Positions 27,577 through 36,424 of a stretch of DNA of 55,444 bases are shown here, piece after piece. Origin of the DNA: a virus. Its lineage: Duplodnaviria; Caudoviricetes. The position numbers and the translations under genes are program-made. Positions within the stretch are counted from its first letter, which is position 1, and every line of letters starts with the position of its first letter. The notes under the pieces are model-generated. The model did not search any database. It was given only the letters and a program-made list of their open reading frames with translations, and was not told where the DNA came from. Location of the stretch: positions 1-55,444 of the IMG/VR virus record IMGVR_UViG_3300014848_000022. One strand, 5' to 3'.

Positions 27577-27881
27577 GCGAACACCAGCACGTCAATGGTG
27601 CCGGCAGCCAGCGTGTTGCCGGCGAGGCGCGGCGCGATGTTGATGGTGAAGCCGGTCTGCGAACGCCCACTGATCCACACGGTGGCGTCCTGACTGGGCG
27701 TCACCTGCACACCATAGGAGGCGGGCAGCTCGAGCCCGGTCAGCGCCACGGTGACGGCTGCGCCAGCGCTGCCGCCGGCGGCATTCGCGAGCTGCTTCTT
27801 CATCAGGAGGATGAGACGGTCTTCCTGCGCAGGGCCATCGCCCTTGCTGGAGACGGCGACGGTATGGAGATCCTTGGCCAT
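27573..27881 (-). CDS. Hypothetical beta-rich protein (possible head decoration)
   Basis: 102 aa, SD AAGGA, after portal. Confidence 0.55.
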   Translation of the reverse strand: MAKDLHTVAVSSKGDGPAQEDRLILLMKKQLANAAGGSAGAAVTVALTGLELPASYGVQVTPSQDATVWISGRSQTGFTINIAPRLAGNTLAAGTIDVLVFA

Positions 27882-27883
27882 GG

Positions 27884-29233
27884 TCAGTCCTTGGTCTGGT
27901 CGGCGGCATCGCGCCGGAGGGCGGGTTTGTCGTCGGGCACTGCGGGGTCGAGCACGCGCTTGCTGCCCGTTGCGGCGGCGCGGGCGATTTCAGCTTCGGT
28001 CGAGGTGAGGTTTGAGAACGGCGTGTTCAGCGGCGGCCGACCGCGCGTCTCACGGTATTCGTCCGGCGTGATCGCGTTGGCCTTGTATTCGATCGCATAG
28101 ACCTCGGCCGTGCGCTTTTCGTCTTCGCGATCAAGGCCGATGAAGCGGAACTCCAGCTGCCAGAATCCAAGGCGGCGGTGGAGCGCATGGCGCGTCAGAT
28201 AGGCCGCCAGTTCCTTGGCTCGTGGCTTGATCGCCTGATCCCAGTCCCGTTCTTGCGCTACCTCGCCGGTACTGCGGTTCACATCGCGCTCGATACCCAG
28301 GTTCTGCGGGCTCAGATCAAAGGCGGTGGCAATTTCAGATTTCAGAAAATCCTGATATTTCAGATAGAGCGCGCTGTCGCCTTCCGGGTACAGCCTGTGC
28401 ACATTGCTGCCCTTGGTGCCCGTGATAGGCACCTTGCCTTGTCCTTCGACCTCGGCGGTCCAGTAATTGCGGAAGGCGGCGACGGTCTTCTCGTCCGTGC
28501 CTTCGCCCAGATCGAGCATGATTCCGGGCCGGGCGTTGCTGGTCAGGTTCCCGGCGAACTCGCCGACGCCCAGCTGGCGCGCGATCGAGGTGAATGCCAC
28601 CTCAAGGGGCCCCAGGCCAAAAGGGCTGGCCGTGGTCGGATTGGGCCGGATATAGATCAGCTCATCGTCGCGCAGATCGATCCTGATCCCGCCGCCGGTA
28701 TACGCCCCATAGCCCACCGACTGCGCGTAGCGCGCCTCATCGGGTTTTCCAGACCATCCGGGATAGACCTGGATCGAAAGGCCATCTGCGGCATAGAGCC
28801 AGAGCGGGCGGAGCGGATCCCCCGACATCTGCGTTTCGATCGCGCCGGCGCCAACGAGGATGTCTTCGATCACCTGCTCAGCCAAGCTGCGCCAGGCGTC
28901 ATCGGCATTCGGGTTCTTGAGGCAATAGGTCGCAATTTCGGCTTGCCGCTGCAACTCGCGGCTTTCCTTCACACCCGGCGCCGGGACGATTTCCCAATCC
29001 AGTTCGACGATCGGGTTCTTGATCGCGTTGATCGCCCGGCGGGCATAGGGCGTCTGAGCGAAATAGCGCAGGTTGCGCGGCGTGGCCTTCCAGACCAGAC
29101 GTGATCCTGTGTGCCCTTGCCCCATAGGTGCGTAGTTCGGGAACGGATTGGTGTCGCGCTTGGGCTGCGCCGGGCGTCGCCCGAAACGAGCGCGCTTGAG
29201 GCCTTCAGCAAGGATCGAGCCGAACGAGGCCAT
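27884..29233 (-). CDS. Portal protein
   Basis: FGLGPLE, IATAFDLSPQNLG and ITPDEYRETRGRPP motifs; follows TerL. Confidence 0.92.
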   Translation of the reverse strand: MASFGSILAEGLKRARFGRRPAQPKRDTNPFPNYAPMGQGHTGSRLVWKATPRNLRYFAQTPYARRAINAIKNPIVELDWEIVPAPGVKESRELQRQAEIATYCLKNPNADDAWRSLAEQVIEDILVGAGAIETQMSGDPLRPLWLYAADGLSIQVYPGWSGKPDEARYAQSVGYGAYTGGGIRIDLRDDELIYIRPNPTTASPFGLGPLEVAFTSIARQLGVGEFAGNLTSNARPGIMLDLGEGTDEKTVAAFRNYWTAEVEGQGKVPITGTKGSNVHRLYPEGDSALYLKYQDFLKSEIATAFDLSPQNLGIERDVNRSTGEVAQERDWDQAIKPRAKELAAYLTRHALHRRLGFWQLEFRFIGLDREDEKRTAEVYAIEYKANAITPDEYRETRGRPPLNTPFSNLTSTEAEIARAAATGSKRVLDPAVPDDKPALRRDAADQTKD

Positions 29234-29234
29234 G

Positions 29235-30611
29235 TCAGGCGAACACGAACTTGTGGCCCTGCGGCGTGATCAATTCGCCAAACGCGCGCGACAAGGCGTC
29301 GACCTGGTCGTCATGGCGTCCGTTGGGGAACATTCGCATTTCCTCTACAAGCTGGCTGTTCCACGATCCGCGCAGCATCAGCACATTTCCGACGTTAACT
29401 TGGGCCGCGAACGGCTCGGCCCTCGTTTCCTTGCTTCCCGAGTCCGGAGACGTCTTGAAATTGAACCCGGCCAGCAGGCGCCCATGATGCGTGGCCAATG
29501 TTTTTCCGGCCTGACCGGGATCCTGCGGCAGACTGATTTTGACCATGGCGCTGTCGCGGTGCGCAGTATTCAGGATCATGGCGTCGCGTTCATCAGCGCC
29601 GAGGCGGTCGCGCACCATGTCGCCGATGATAAGGCGCCCGTCCTCCATCTGCCCGAGCAGGCCGCCAGCAGTGAAGTCTCCGTTGGTCGTCGCTGCCAAG
29701 TCCCACCCGCGCACCCAGGTAATCCTCTGCGCTGGAACGGCATCGACGATGCGGATGAAGTCTGGCTTGAATAGGCCGCCCTCGGCAGGCGACGGAGCCT
29801 GCATATACTGCCCGGCAAACACATAGGGCAGCGCGCGCTCCATGCGTCGCAGTTCGGTAATCGTGTGCTTCTCCGGCCACAGCGCATTGCCTTCCGGCGT
29901 GATTGCCGCCAGGCACAGGTGCTCCCATTCTTCGCCGGTTCCGCCGCCCAGCAGCCACCCAGCAAGGTCTTCCTCGTGCAGTCGCTGCATGATCAGGATG
30001 ATCGGCGTCCTGCGGCTGTTCACGCGGGATTGCAGCGTGTGCTGATACCAATCGATCACTGACTGGCGCATCACATCGGACCGGGCCTCATCGGCCTTGT
30101 GCGGGTCGTCGATCACGATGGCCCCGCCGAAGCCTTCACGCTCCTTCCCGGCGCCGAAACCGGTCAGGGTTCCTCCTGCGCCGGTGGAATACATCACGCC
30201 ACCAGCATCGGTTTTCCAATGACTGCGGGCCGTACTGTCGAGGCGCGTCCCCGGAAAGATCGCTTGATATTCGGCGCTCTCCACGATCCGCAGCACGCCA
30301 GCGCTATTGTTCGCAGCCAGCAGGCCAGAATAGCTGGCGTGAATGAACTCTGCGTCGGCAGCCTTGCCCAGACACCATGCAATCCACATCACTACCGCCA
30401 GTTCGGTCTTGGAGTACCGGGGCGGGATATTGATAATGAGGCGAGTGGTGCGCCCCTCAAAAACATCCGTCAGCTTCCGGCAGATTGCGGCATGATGGTC
30501 AGCGCGAAGCCATTTTCCGCCGGTGCGCTGAAAGAACATCCAGCGGGCAAAGAAATAGAAATCAGAAGCGGCGAGCAGACGCGCCGCTGCCACTTCCTGC
30601 GGGCTCATCAA
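29235..30611 (-). CDS. terL: Terminase large subunit
   Basis: Walker A INIPPRYSKT, Walker B IVIDDPHK, nuclease WDLA and HDDQVDA. Confidence 0.96.
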   Translation of the reverse strand: MMSPQEVAAARLLAASDFYFFARWMFFQRTGGKWLRADHHAAICRKLTDVFEGRTTRLIINIPPRYSKTELAVVMWIAWCLGKAADAEFIHASYSGLLAANNSAGVLRIVESAEYQAIFPGTRLDSTARSHWKTDAGGVMYSTGAGGTLTGFGAGKEREGFGGAIVIDDPHKADEARSDVMRQSVIDWYQHTLQSRVNSRRTPIILIMQRLHEEDLAGWLLGGGTGEEWEHLCLAAITPEGNALWPEKHTITELRRMERALPYVFAGQYMQAPSPAEGGLFKPDFIRIVDAVPAQRITWVRGWDLAATTNGDFTAGGLLGQMEDGRLIIGDMVRDRLGADERDAMILNTAHRDSAMVKISLPQDPGQAGKTLATHHGRLLAGFNFKTSPDSGSKETRAEPFAAQVNVGNVLMLRGSWNSQLVEEMRMFPNGRHDDQVDALSRAFGELITPQGHKFVFA

Positions 30612-31354
30612 ATTTCCGATGCGATCTTGCGCGCCACTTCCTGAAATTCAGCAAGGGATTGGAACCGATGCTCAATTGGGCTTCCCTCCGGCCCACTATG
30701 CTCGACACGATCCTTGAACATGCCCAGATGCCGGGCGACCTTTTCCAGTGCCGCCATTTGGTCATGCATCTTTGCCTCGATGCCGTCGCGAGTCTCCTTC
30801 ATCCCGGCGTAGAGCAGTCGAGCGCTGCCCTTGAGCCTCCGGGTATCCGCGACATGCGTTCGACCGATGCCCTCTCCGTTGCATCGCGGGCAGTGCGGAT
30901 GCGGCTCAGCGTTCCGGTCGAACCCAAATCCGCCCGCATTTGAAGGCTCGGCCCCAGGTTTCTTTCGGTCGCGGGCCTTGGCGCACGCTTCCTCCCATTC
31001 ACTGACATCGAGCCAATGGTAGAGGTGCTTGTCGCCATGGCAGTAGCGGCATGCGCAACGGCGGTATTGGCTGATCTCGTTGGGGTCGGCTGTGGCGATA
31101 GCCCAGAGCCGCTCCAACACGCGATCAGCGGTAATCTCGGTCCGTTCCGCGCGGGCGTCCATTGCGGCCTGGATCTGCTCCGCAATGTGCGGGCGCTTGA
31201 GCAGCCGGGAAGCCGCAGTCCGGGCGCTGTGCCGGTTGCGCTTTGCGCCACCGTATCCTGCCGCGAGTGCGGCGCGCGTCGCATTCTGGTCCGGGTCGGC
31301 CAGATATTCGCGCACGAAGGCGGCCTCAAGATCGCTGTCGCGACGAGTTGCCAT
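30608..31354 (-). CDS. terS: Terminase small subunit with zinc-finger insert
   Basis: FVREYL..NATRAALAAGY, ASRLL, AALEKVARHLGMF; CRYC...CPRC insert. Confidence 0.9.
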   Translation of the reverse strand: MATRRDSDLEAAFVREYLADPDQNATRAALAAGYGGAKRNRHSARTAASRLLKRPHIAEQIQAAMDARAERTEITADRVLERLWAIATADPNEISQYRRCACRYCHGDKHLYHWLDVSEWEEACAKARDRKKPGAEPSNAGGFGFDRNAEPHPHCPRCNGEGIGRTHVADTRRLKGSARLLYAGMKETRDGIEAKMHDQMAALEKVARHLGMFKDRVEHSGPEGSPIEHRFQSLAEFQEVARKIASEI

Positions 31355-31503
31355 GATGTTTCCTCGGGGTGGCGCCCCGATACCGCACGGCGCGGGGCAG
31401 GCCGGCGGCGCCAGCAAGCCCGCGACGTGGGAGATGCCGGATCGCCTCCTTTCCGCTGTTGCTGGGCCGTGCTGGCCGGGGTGTCAGGGCGGCAGAAGGC
31501 CCT

Positions 31504-31541
31504 GAAACGAAAACGCCCGCAAGCCGATATGGCTGCGGGCG
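31504..31541 (-). terminator. Leader terminator of the late operon
   Basis: CGCCCGCAGCC-ATATC-GGCTTGCGGGCG followed by TTTTCGTTTC. Confidence 0.7.
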
Positions 31542-31558
31542 CATTTGTGAATGCTGAG

Positions 31559-31587
31559 AAGGTACGCTAGTTGCTACTCACGCGCAA
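31559..31587 (-). promoter_or_regulatory. Putative main late promoter
   Basis: TTGCGC-17 nt-TACCTT upstream of the terminator and terS; motif repeated at 17662-17674. Confidence 0.65.
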
Positions 31588-31591
31588 GGGG

Positions 31592-31807
31592 TCACCCATC
31601 AGCGGTTCGAATGGCATCAGCAATCGCGCCAAGGCCCACGTCCAAGCGCTCTCCGACAAAATCCAAATCGAGCGCGGCAGCAGCCTTCTTTTGGGCATCC
31701 GCAAGCTGAAGGATAGCATAAGCGATCGCATACCCGCTATCAGTTCGAGCCCTGTCCTCAATGAAATCAGCGATATGTTGCGTCCTCGACATCAAGTCCA
31801 TCTCCAT
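31592..31807 (-). CDS. Hypothetical protein
   Basis: 71 aa with natural helical composition; start uncertain. Confidence 0.45.
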   Translation of the reverse strand: MEMDLMSRTQHIADFIEDRARTDSGYAIAYAILQLADAQKKAAAALDLDFVGERLDVGLGAIADAIRTADG

Positions 31808-31872
31808 TGAGTGTGTATTGAGTGTGTATTAAACCTTGCCTTGTCGTTCAATGGTGTGTACATGGTGTGTAT
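31806..31872. promoter_or_regulatory. Repeated TGTGTA boxes, putative HicB operator
   Basis: (ATTGAGTGTGT)2ATT at 31806-31830 and ATGGTGTGTAC-ATGGTGTGTAT at 31851-31872, both with 11-bp period. Confidence 0.6.
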
Positions 31873-31888
31873 CAGCAGGGAAATGAAA

Positions 31889-32077
31889 ATGCGCAGCAGC
31901 GAAGTCATCAAGAAGATCATGGCCGAGGGTTGGGAGTTTGTTCGCCAGACCGGCAGCCACCGCCATTACCGGCATGCGACACGGCCGGGAACGGTGACGG
32001 TTCCCCACCCGAAATCGGATCTCGCGAAAGGCACGCTGCGGAGCATCGAGAAGCAAAGTGGGGTTAGGCTCCTCTGA
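31889..32077 (+). CDS. hicA: HicA-family toxin
   Basis: GWEFVRQTGSHRHYRH...VTVPHPKSDL..GTLRSI signature. Confidence 0.95.
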   Translation: MRSSEVIKKIMAEGWEFVRQTGSHRHYRHATRPGTVTVPHPKSDLAKGTLRSIEKQSGVRLL

Positions 32078-32179
32078 GGGGAGCCAATCCAGTTTATGTG
32101 TATTTATGCGCATTGTGCATTGACATTATTACCCCCTCTGTTGATATACTCACTGATACACACATCAAGGAGCTTAGCT

Positions 32180-32581
32180 ATGGCAACGGTTTGGTATCCG
32201 GCCATCATCGAGCGGGCAGAAGATGGCTTCAGCGTGTTCTTTCCGGACGTTCCCGGCTGCGTATCGGCCGGCGCTACGATCCAGGAGGCAGCGCGCAATG
32301 CGGAAGAGGCCCTTTCCGGGCACATCGCCGTAGGCGTTCAGCATGGTGACCACTTCGCTGCCCCCAGCGATCTGGACGATCTCGCTTGTGATCCCGAATG
32401 CGATGAGGTTTCGCGCCTTCTCGTGCGGGCCGAACTGCCTGGAAAGGCTGTGCGGATCAACATCACCATCGATGAGAGCCTGGTTGCGGCCATCGACAAG
32501 GTCGCGAAGAACCGCAGCGGATTTCTGGCCGATGCCGCACGCGAATCTCTGGCGCGGCGCCGCGAGCTGGAGGCAGCTTAG
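32180..32581 (+). CDS. hicB: HicB-family antitoxin with RHH domain
   Basis: FSVFFPDVPGCVSAGAT..EA and RINITIDESL...NRSGFL; SD AAGGAG. Confidence 0.95.
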   Translation: MATVWYPAIIERAEDGFSVFFPDVPGCVSAGATIQEAARNAEEALSGHIAVGVQHGDHFAAPSDLDDLACDPECDEVSRLLVRAELPGKAVRINITIDESLVAAIDKVAKNRSGFLADAARESLARRRELEAA

Positions 32582-32802
32582 GCCGCAGGTTTGGTCCGCG
32601 CCCGGGCAATAGCCATCCCGGCCTGAATTTCGGCCATCATCTCGGCTTTGCCCAGGTGCGCGACATAGCTGCCGATCCCGATCAGCATGGCCTTGTCGGC
32701 CTCGGGCAGGAGGGTCTCAATCTTGGCATAGAGACAGGCCAGGTTGTGAACCGCCGCCACCGCCCACATGTCATCGGGCAAAGTCTTGCTGGCGCGCATC
32801 AT
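32578..32802 (-). CDS. Hypothetical protein
   Basis: 74 aa continuing the minus-strand operon; start uncertain. Confidence 0.45.
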   Translation of the reverse strand: MMRASKTLPDDMWAVAAVHNLACLYAKIETLLPEADKAMLIGIGSYVAHLGKAEMMAEIQAGMAIARARTKPAA

Positions 32803-32840
32803 TGCGTTGATGGCGGCAAGCTCGGGGGCTGAGAAGTCGG

Positions 32841-33167
32841 TTATAGCAGTCCCTCCCGCCGCAACTGCTCAGCTATCGCCGCCGGAACTCCGCCTTGCAT
32901 CACGCTTTCTGGCTTTGTCAGCAGCCGCACGGCCGCGTCCCACCGGCGCAAGAGGCAGCGCGTGGCCGCCTCTACCTTATCCTGGTTGCCCTTGCGCTCA
33001 GCCAGCGTGCGGGCCCGGCGGTAGAGCGCCATCTTGCGACGCCAGGACAGCGGCACCTTGCGCCAGTGCTGGCCGCAAAGCAGTTCAGTGCCGGGCTTGT
33101 ACCGGGTCGATCCGCGCCGGCAGCCGGGCACGACGCAGTTGATGCGCGGATAGGCTGGGCGCGTCAT
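32841..33167 (-). CDS. Cys/His zinc-binding hypothetical protein
   Basis: CVVPGC...LCGQHW motif; ATGA coupling. Confidence 0.65.
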   Translation of the reverse strand: MTRPAYPRINCVVPGCRRGSTRYKPGTELLCGQHWRKVPLSWRRKMALYRRARTLAERKGNQDKVEAATRCLLRRWDAAVRLLTKPESVMQGGVPAAIAEQLRREGLL

Positions 33168-34519
33168 TCCGCCCTCATCTTGATCATGGTAGTAGGCACG
33201 TTCGTCCCGGCATCGGCGAAGCTGGCGACAGGAAGATCGCGCCATTCGCCTTGAAGTTCACCATGGTCGTAGCGGGCCGTGGCTGGCAGGATTGCAACGA
33301 GCGTGCCGCGCGGTTTCAAGAACCGCAGCGCGTGGTTGACGTGCTTGAGGTAGTGTCGGCCATAAAATGGCGGGTTCATCACGACAGCGTCGAACTCTGG
33401 CGCCGGCGGTTGCTCGAGAAAGTTGGTGCAAACCACGGCGTGCCCTTTCCGGCGTGCTTCGCTGGCCCGGCCAGGGTGATATTCGATGCCCAGTGCATGG
33501 TGTCCGCGCGCGCGAACCCCGTCGAGGATGCGCCCGTCGCCACATGACGGCTCGAGTACCCGCCAGACTGGCGGGTTGCCGCGGTAGTCGCGTGGGGTCG
33601 GGACACCGGCAAAATCGAGTGCAGCTTCTGCCACCTCCGGTGGAGACCAGTAGAATTGCAAGTCCTTCGACACCGCCGTGCTGGCGCTGGGCTTGACGCC
33701 CTCCGGCTCAGCATCGGGCAGCACGTCGCCGTAGAACTCAGCCAGGCCACGATTGATCGACAACAGCGCGGCGGCATCGAAGAACACATGCACATTGCCG
33801 TTTGCGAACTTGCGCACGGTGAGGCCGCGATCGGGTGCGGTGAACTCGTCCGGCTCCCGTCCATCGAAGTGACTGCGCACCAGCGGGCGACCGTTCATCA
33901 CCGCGTCGGCACCGGCCCTGTGCTGGTCCTCGATATCGAGCACTTCGAGCCAGTCGAGCGGGGCCTGCCCCCGCACAGCGGCCAGAGCATTGACCATGTC
34001 CTTGAAGCGATCCCGGCCGTAGCCTCCGTGCAAGCTCGACCAGTTTCCCAGGATCACCCGCTTGGGCAGCCCTTTCTTCCCGACGCGGACCTTGCTGTGC
34101 GACTTGTAAGCCGGATCAAGAGCGCAGAACACTTCGGCGAGGCCGCGCAGGATGTGGAAGCGCGGGCGAATCAGATAATCGCCGAACGTGGCCTTGGCGT
34201 TCTCGACGGTCAGTGGCGGCGGGCTTGCCAGGTCCTTCTCGAACCGGCGCTTGTCGCTGGCGCTGGCCAAGTGGTCGATCATCAGGCGCCGGTAGACGGC
34301 GCGCCACCCCGACAGCAGGAGATTGCGGCGGATGGCTTCTGCGCAGACGCTATCGCGCGGCGCCACGCGCTCGACATAAATGCCCTGAACGGTGGCGGCG
34401 GCGTCCAGCGCGGTGACTGTGTCCTTGAACTGGCTGACGACGCGATCGGCCTCGGCCACCTTGCGCTCGTATTCCTCGACCAGGTCGGCAACAGTGAGGG
34501 GGAGGGCAATTGCACCCAT
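33164..34519 (-). CDS. DUF4942 domain plus SAM-dependent amino-methyltransferase
   Basis: RKFANGNVHV DUF4942-like motif; VLEPSCGDG and VMNPPF. Confidence 0.88.
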   Translation of the reverse strand: MGAIALPLTVADLVEEYERKVAEADRVVSQFKDTVTALDAAATVQGIYVERVAPRDSVCAEAIRRNLLLSGWRAVYRRLMIDHLASASDKRRFEKDLASPPPLTVENAKATFGDYLIRPRFHILRGLAEVFCALDPAYKSHSKVRVGKKGLPKRVILGNWSSLHGGYGRDRFKDMVNALAAVRGQAPLDWLEVLDIEDQHRAGADAVMNGRPLVRSHFDGREPDEFTAPDRGLTVRKFANGNVHVFFDAAALLSINRGLAEFYGDVLPDAEPEGVKPSASTAVSKDLQFYWSPPEVAEAALDFAGVPTPRDYRGNPPVWRVLEPSCGDGRILDGVRARGHHALGIEYHPGRASEARRKGHAVVCTNFLEQPPAPEFDAVVMNPPFYGRHYLKHVNHALRFLKPRGTLVAILPATARYDHGELQGEWRDLPVASFADAGTNVPTTMIKMRAE

Positions 34520-35181
34520 CAAACCAGCTCCCCGCAACCAAGCCGCGCATACCGCGCCAGCACATCCCGATCATCAACCTCGCGCCAGATGCGGGCCCGG
34601 ACCTCGATCCACGCGTCGAGCGCATCGACCAGCCTCGCGCGCGCCTTGGGCCAGCTCATTCGGTAGACCCGCGCCGTTGCGAACAGGGCGCGATCGCTCA
34701 GCACCATGTCGATAGCCATGCGCTTGGGCACCGGGAGCCGCTGTCGCCACACCGAATAGGCTTGCTCCATCCGCACCAGATGCAGGCGCTCGATCAACGC
34801 GTCGCGCGCTGATCCAGATCCATCAACCCTCGCCTCAAGGCTCGCGCAGCGCAATGATGCCGACCGTTGCAGGCTCTCGGCCACAGCAGCGATCTCAAGG
34901 GCGGCTGCAAGCTGATCCAGCGACAGCTGCCCATTGTCCGTCATCCGCATCAGGCTGCTGGCCGATTTCCGCCGCTTGGTCTTTGCCAGATGCCCAGCCT
35001 CGTCCGGCACAAAGGCGTCCTCAAAATCTCCCGTCGCCTGCTGCTCAGGGGTCAGCACCGGCTCACCGGTCTCACGCTCAATTGGCGCCATGGCGTCCAG
35101 TCTGGACTGCCACTGGGCATGCGTCTCGTCGCGGCGCTTGGCTCGCATGTCGCGCTTCGGTCGGCTGATGGTGATGGTCAT
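34519..35181 (-). CDS. Putative late regulator (Q-like antiterminator)
   Basis: Position between replication genes and late promoter; C-terminal HTH-like ...ARARLVDALDAW. Confidence 0.5.
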   Translation of the reverse strand: MTITISRPKRDMRAKRRDETHAQWQSRLDAMAPIERETGEPVLTPEQQATGDFEDAFVPDEAGHLAKTKRRKSASSLMRMTDNGQLSLDQLAAALEIAAVAESLQRSASLRCASLEARVDGSGSARDALIERLHLVRMEQAYSVWRQRLPVPKRMAIDMVLSDRALFATARVYRMSWPKARARLVDALDAWIEVRARIWREVDDRDVLARYARLGCGELV

Positions 35182-35570
35182 GCGATCCCGGTCCTGATGT
35201 TGATCGATTGTTGATTTCGATAGACAGCCCCGTGGAGGGCTATCCGATGCTGCTTGGTGCCCTGATGGCGTTGCCTGCGGTTTTCGCACCCAGCCGGCTC
35301 GGGGGCGCAAATTTCAGCATGCTCAGCATTGCTTGGCGCGGCGCCCCATCCAAAAACAGCGCCCCGGCCTGTGCCGGCGGCGAAAACGGTGATGACGCGG
35401 TGCCCTTTGAGCATCACACGGTGCCCGGTGGGCAGGCGCACGCATGGCGCGCCGAAATCTGCGGCCAGCTCGATCACCGGGCCCGATAGCAGCGCCAGCA
35501 CATCGCGATCAGGAAGGTTGCGGACCTGATCCTGATAGCGCTGGATTGCGTAGGTGGTGACGTGGATCAT
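35178..35570 (-). CDS. Hypothetical protein
   Basis: Coupled at both ends; VTTYAIQRY...RVITV pattern. Confidence 0.55.
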   Translation of the reverse strand: MIHVTTYAIQRYQDQVRNLPDRDVLALLSGPVIELAADFGAPCVRLPTGHRVMLKGHRVITVFAAGTGRGAVFGWGAAPSNAEHAEICAPEPAGCENRRQRHQGTKQHRIALHGAVYRNQQSINIRTGIA

Positions 35571-36424
35571 GCTACCCGCGCCTCCCTGTCTCCGCTCGAT
35601 CGGCTATTCCGAACCTTCCAGCGTTCAAACTCAGCCGGGGGCATCATCGCACTGGCCTCATCCTCGCTCAGATCACGCGGCGGGAAGCGGCGGTCGAATG
35701 CCTTGCGCTGCTCGTCCTCGGCCCGCTGCTTGGCTGCCAAGCGCTCAGCACCGTTGCGCAGAACCACAGCCATGAACGCGGCGGGATCATCAGCTCCAGC
35801 CCCGCTGTTCTCGGCTTTTGCCAGGTCGAGCGCATGCCTGACGGCGGGCAGGCCGTGGTCCTTCACCCACCGGGCGATCTGGCCCGAACGCTTGGTGCCC
35901 AAGTATGCCTTCGCATCATCCCACAGTGCTTTCTCGGGACTGGCTTCCGGATCGCCCAATCCCCCGTTCAGGGGGTTTGGGGGTTCTATCTGGTTTCTGG
36001 TTTCTGGTTCGCGCGAATAGCCAGAATTTTGCTTATCTTTTGCCAGATCATTTTCGTTGTTTTCATTGGAATTTTTCGCATTTTCAGATTTCTTTCGCGC
36101 ACCTTTCAAACCGTTTTCAGCGCGTTTTCGGCTCGTTTTCAGCGCGTTTTCGATCTCTTTTTTCGCGCGAGAATTGAACAGATCGCCGTCGCTGGTGACG
36201 TAGATTTTGCCCTTGGCGATCAGGGCTGCGCGAAGCGAATGCCACTTGCGGAGAGATACCCCCATGTAGCCAGCGAGCAGTCGATCGCTGTCCGCGACCG
36301 GGCCGCCCTTATCGTACATGAGGTCGAGCAGCGTCTGGAACGCGCCCCGCTCCTCGAGGGTCATCGACAGCGCACCGGCCAGCGCATCGCTGTGGTAGCG
36401 CTTATGGAAGGGTAGCGCGCTCAT
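35567..36424 (-). CDS. Replication initiator, DUF1376/YdaU-like
   Basis: LPFHKRYHSD...MTLEERGAFQTLLDLMY N-terminus; next to helicase; internal iterons. Confidence 0.88.
   Translation of the reverse strand: MSALPFHKRYHSDALAGALSMTLEERGAFQTLLDLMYDKGGPVADSDRLLAGYMGVSLRKWHSLRAALIAKGKIYVTSDGDLFNSRAKKEIENALKTSRKRAENGLKGARKKSENAKNSNENNENDLAKDKQNSGYSREPETRNQIEPPNPLNGGLGDPEASPEKALWDDAKAYLGTKRSGQIARWVKDHGLPAVRHALDLAKAENSGAGADDPAAFMAVVLRNGAERLAAKQRAEDEQRKAFDRRFPPRDLSEDEASAMMPPAEFERWKVRNSRSSGDREARVA
36112..36152. repeat. Perfect 19-bp direct repeat x2 (putative iterons)
   Basis: CGTTTTCAGCGCGTTTTCG at 36112-36130 and 36134-36152. Confidence 0.8.
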
